DNA of 64,000 nt from Alkalispirochaeta sp. Its GTDB lineage: Bacteria > Spirochaetota > Spirochaetia > DSM-27196 > Alkalispirochaetaceae. Positions 61,058-64,000 of this stretch are shown piece by piece. A program made the position numbers and the translations under genes. The notes under the pieces are model-generated. The model was not told the origin of the DNA. It searched no databases and saw only the letters and a program-made list of their open reading frames with translations. Location: NCBI GenBank assembly GCA_965601925.1, contig OZ271854.1, positions 2,560,001 to 2,624,000 on the forward strand. Direction: 5' to 3'. The stretch's first letter is position 1, and the number at the start of each line of letters is the position of its first letter.

Positions 61058-61621
61058 TCAGTCGTTGACGCGCTCTACGTAGTCGCCGGTCTCGGTGTTG
61101 ACGCGAATTTTGTCGCCGGCCTTTATGAAAATTGGAACTTGAACCGAGAGTCCGGTATTGACCACCACCGTCTTGGTGGCGCCCGTTACCGTGTCGCCCT
61201 TGACCGCGTCGGGTGCGTCGGTCACTTCGAATACCATCTTCATCGGGATAATGACGTCGATGGGTTCCGACTCCCACATTACGACGCGGTACTGATCGCC
61301 CTCTTTGAGGTAATTGCCTCGTTCCGCCATGACCGAGGCCGAAATCTCGAATTGGTCGTAGGTCTCGACGTCCATGAAGTGGTACGTCTCGCCGTCGGCG
61401 TACAGATACTGTCCGTCGCGATCGTACACGTTGGCCTCTTCCACGTTGTCGCTCGTCTTGATCGTTTCGCGCAGGACCGCGCCGGTCTTAGCGTTCTTGA
61501 GTTTGCAGCGGGTAAAGGCGGCACCCTTTCCGGGGTTGACGAACTCTCGTTCCGCGACGAGATACGGATCCCCTTTGAATATGATGTACATGCCTTTTTC
61601 GATTGCTCCACCTTTTATCAT
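61058..61621 (-). CDS. efp: Elongation factor P
   Basis: PGKG tip motif, VKGDTVTG and VP.FI..GD...VNT..G.Y..R. Confidence 0.96.
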   Translation of the reverse strand: MIKGGAIEKGMYIIFKGDPYLVAEREFVNPGKGAAFTRCKLKNAKTGAVLRETIKTSDNVEEANVYDRDGQYLYADGETYHFMDVETYDQFEISASVMAERGNYLKEGDQYRVVMWESEPIDVIIPMKMVFEVTDAPDAVKGDTVTGATKTVVVNTGLSVQVPIFIKAGDKIRVNTETGDYVERVND

Positions 61622-61766
61622 GATCATTCCTCTCCTGAGTAAACCTAAAGCGTACGGTAGTATTCGGCGCCGGGCCGCAACACGAACCATCGGCACGGCG
61701 TGAAAATCCCATCATAGCGAAAAACGCGGGGAACGTTCACCCGGTTTTGGGGAACACCTTCGGCCT

Positions 61767-62759
61767 TCATGCACCCTTTCGGCGCGGTTTGAAGGTCATC
61801 ACCTCCTCGATGGTCGCCGAACCGGTCAGGTGCATAACCAGGCGATCGACGCCCAACGCGACGCCCGATGAGCGCGGGAGGCGTTGGGCTCCACGAAGAA
61901 ATGTCGGGTCGGTCGGCGGTGCATCCCGATCGCCTCGACGCTTCTCTGCGCTCTGGTGGTCAAAAAAGGCGGCGATCCGCCTCGGATCCGTCTCCTCTCC
62001 AAAGCAGTTGGCAACCTCGACTCCACCCAGGTACAGCTCCCACCGATCGGCCCACGGTGTATCCGGTATCGTACGAGCTAAGGTCGGGACCGCCGCGGGA
62101 TAATCGGTCAAAAAGACCGCCTCGTCGCGCGGCAGGCACGGTTCGACATAGGTGAGAAAGACGCGTTGAAAGAGATCCTCCCACGTCTCCTCCGCGCGGA
62201 CCGTCATCGGGAGCTCCCGTTGCGCAATTCCCTCCGCCAGAACGGCGCGACGCTGCACGTCCGACCCAAGGGCGGCCGACGCCGCTAAATCGATTCCGCA
62301 CCACGTGCGCCACGCCTCGGCCATGGAGATGACCGTCGACGGCTCCCGAACGCCAACCTCCGTGAGAAGCTCCCGCGTCACATCGAGTGACGCCGCTCCG
62401 TCGGCCTCTACGGTGTAGTATTCGAGCATCGTAAACTCGCTCGTATGGTGCGGACCGCATGACTCGCCGTTGCGGAAACTGTGGGCGATCTCGTAGAGAT
62501 TGCCGACCCCGTCGGCGAGGAGCCGTTTGAGGTAGTACTCCGGAGACGGGAGAAGATACAGATCCTCGACGACCGATTGTCCGGTGTGCCGATCGTCGCG
62601 TGCGCGGAATCGCGTGCGGAAGAGATCGATATGCGCCTCGGGGATCGGTGTGGCGCACAGCGCGGGCGTCTCGACGGCGAGGTATCCCCGGGTATCGAAA
62701 AAGGTCCGTATCGTGCGCACGATGCGCGCCCGTTCGGTCAGTCGTTCGATGCGAGTCAT
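61767..62759 (-). CDS. epmA: EF-P lysine (R)-beta-lysine ligase
   Basis: VETP, SPEYYLKRLL, FRNGE, EFTMLE, EVAN and GVALGVDRL motifs; no anticodon domain; adjacent to efp. Confidence 0.92.
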   Translation of the reverse strand: MTRIERLTERARIVRTIRTFFDTRGYLAVETPALCATPIPEAHIDLFRTRFRARDDRHTGQSVVEDLYLLPSPEYYLKRLLADGVGNLYEIAHSFRNGESCGPHHTSEFTMLEYYTVEADGAASLDVTRELLTEVGVREPSTVISMAEAWRTWCGIDLAASAALGSDVQRRAVLAEGIAQRELPMTVRAEETWEDLFQRVFLTYVEPCLPRDEAVFLTDYPAAVPTLARTIPDTPWADRWELYLGGVEVANCFGEETDPRRIAAFFDHQSAEKRRGDRDAPPTDPTFLRGAQRLPRSSGVALGVDRLVMHLTGSATIEEVMTFKPRRKGA

Positions 62760-62818
62760 ACCGCGAGCGTATCCCAAAGAACTGGTACAGAAAACACCGA
62801 ACCGTTATGCTCACCACT

Positions 62819-63022
62819 ATGACCGATGGTCGCGACGGCAATCCACTTCACGATCCGAAAGACGAGCGCTGGAAACACTACCTCAGGGAGTCGTACATGG
62901 ACGATACCTATCACAATCCCGATATCGATGAGCGGCACCTGGAACGTATGGAGGCCGAGTTTTTCGATGCAACCGAGGGTGAACGCTCTCCTTTCGGACG
63001 GCTGGACGAGTTGGAGGAGTAA
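62819..63022 (+). CDS. Small acidic hypothetical protein (67 aa)
   Basis: ATG 7 nt after TATGCT; stop abuts the next ATG; D/E-rich. Confidence 0.55.
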   Translation: MTDGRDGNPLHDPKDERWKHYLRESYMDDTYHNPDIDERHLERMEAEFFDATEGERSPFGRLDELEE

Positions 63023-64000
63023 ATGTATCGGAGCGACGCGGTGGACGGACGATCGGCGGCGGCGGGTGAGCTTGTAACGCCCGATCGGCGGGGAACCGGC
63101 TCGCACAAATGGGATCTGGCGCACGAGGATGAAATACCGATGTGGGTCGCCGACATGGACTACGCCGTATCTCCCTGCATCACCGAGGCGTTGCAGCGAC
63201 GTTTGCAGCATCCGATATTCGGTTACGCCGGGGTCCCGGCGAGCTATCTTGAGTCGATCGCCGCGTGGGAGGTTCAACGCAACGGGTGGGAGATTCCCAC
63301 CGATCGCATGGTCGTCGTTCCCGGTGTCATGCCGGCGATCGCACTCGCAATTCAGGCGCTCACGCAACCGGGGGATCGGATCGTCACCTTTTCGCCGGTA
63401 TATTTCCCGTTTTTTTCCGTGATCGAGAACCTCGGTCGACGGCTGGTTCGTGTTCCCCTCTCGGAAGAGGAGCCCTCCGCCGGAGAGCGGCGATACCACA
63501 TGAATCTCGACGAGGCGGAGCCAGCGCTGCGGGATGCTGCGCTCTTTCTGTTGTGCTCTCCCCACAATCCGGGTGGACGCATCTGGACGGCGGATGAACT
63601 CAACGCGCTCCGCGATCTGGCGAGGGACGCCGAAGTACCCGTGCTCTCCGATGAGATTCATTCGGATCTTACCTTTCCGGGGGCGCGATTCGAGCCGTGG
63701 TTTCGGACCGGCGGAGCCACTCCTCACGACATCGCTCTCATCGCTCCGAGTAAGACGTTCAATATCCCGGGACTGCCCACCGCAACCGCGATTATCCCGG
63801 ACCGTGCGGCCCGTCGCCGCTACTTCCGCGCCCTCGAGGCGCGAAAGCTCAACCTTCCCAACGCGCTTGCCATGACCGCCGCCGAGGCGGCGTATCGCGG
63901 TGCGGCCGAGTGGCTGGAGTCGGTGCGGCGGGCGATACATGACAACTATTGCTTCACTCGCGACGTACTCGCCGGCGAGGCGGGCGTGACGGTGCATGCG
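63023..64000 (+). CDS. MalY/PatB family PLP C-S lyase (partial, runs off the window)
   Basis: SHKWD, MWVADMD, IFGY, CSPHNPGGR, SDEIHSD and APSKTFNIPG motifs. Confidence 0.92.
   Translation, partial: MYRSDAVDGRSAAAGELVTPDRRGTGSHKWDLAHEDEIPMWVADMDYAVSPCITEALQRRLQHPIFGYAGVPASYLESIAAWEVQRNGWEIPTDRMVVVPGVMPAIALAIQALTQPGDRIVTFSPVYFPFFSVIENLGRRLVRVPLSEEEPSAGERRYHMNLDEAEPALRDAALFLLCSPHNPGGRIWTADELNALRDLARDAEVPVLSDEIHSDLTFPGARFEPWFRTGGATPHDIALIAPSKTFNIPGLPTATAIIPDRAARRRYFRALEARKLNLPNALAMTAAEAAYRGAAEWLESVRRAIHDNYCFTRDVLAGEAGVTVHA

Overview
GC-rich bacterial chromosomal window, probably from a free-living spirochaete. This is an inference from the 'AAGQGE'-type binding-protein signal peptide, the many lipoproteins and the acidic secreted proteins. 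The main feature is a ~14-kb catabolic island (13.2-26.9 kb). It encodes a complete Haliangium-like bacterial microcompartment (BMC-T, BMC-H, three BMC-P, a PduT-like BMC-T), a CoA-acylating aldehyde dehydrogenase and a class II aldolase, both with encapsulation-peptide-like tails. These are clustered with a methylthioribose kinase (MtnK), a methylthioribose-1-P isomerase (MtnA), a DeoR regulator, a sugar ABC transporter and a divergent CoA-transferase-fold pair. Together they suggest a microcompartment-enclosed 5-deoxyribose/5-methylthioribose 'DHAP shunt'. Other points of note: a PFOR lacking its 2x[4Fe-4S] ferredoxin domain; glucosylglycerate-type compatible-solute genes; about 15 apparently leaderless genes, including a bidirectional promoter with start codons 18 bp apart; tRNA-Arg(CCU) followed by a palindromic tandem repeat; two pseudogenes; a YtrA-type GntR/ABC operon with an unannotated 39-aa peptide; an adenylate cyclase/envelope-protein operon; two large Ig/Fn3 lipoproteins; class II DAHP synthase; and efp-epmA. 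All calls come from reading motifs by eye; no database searches were run.
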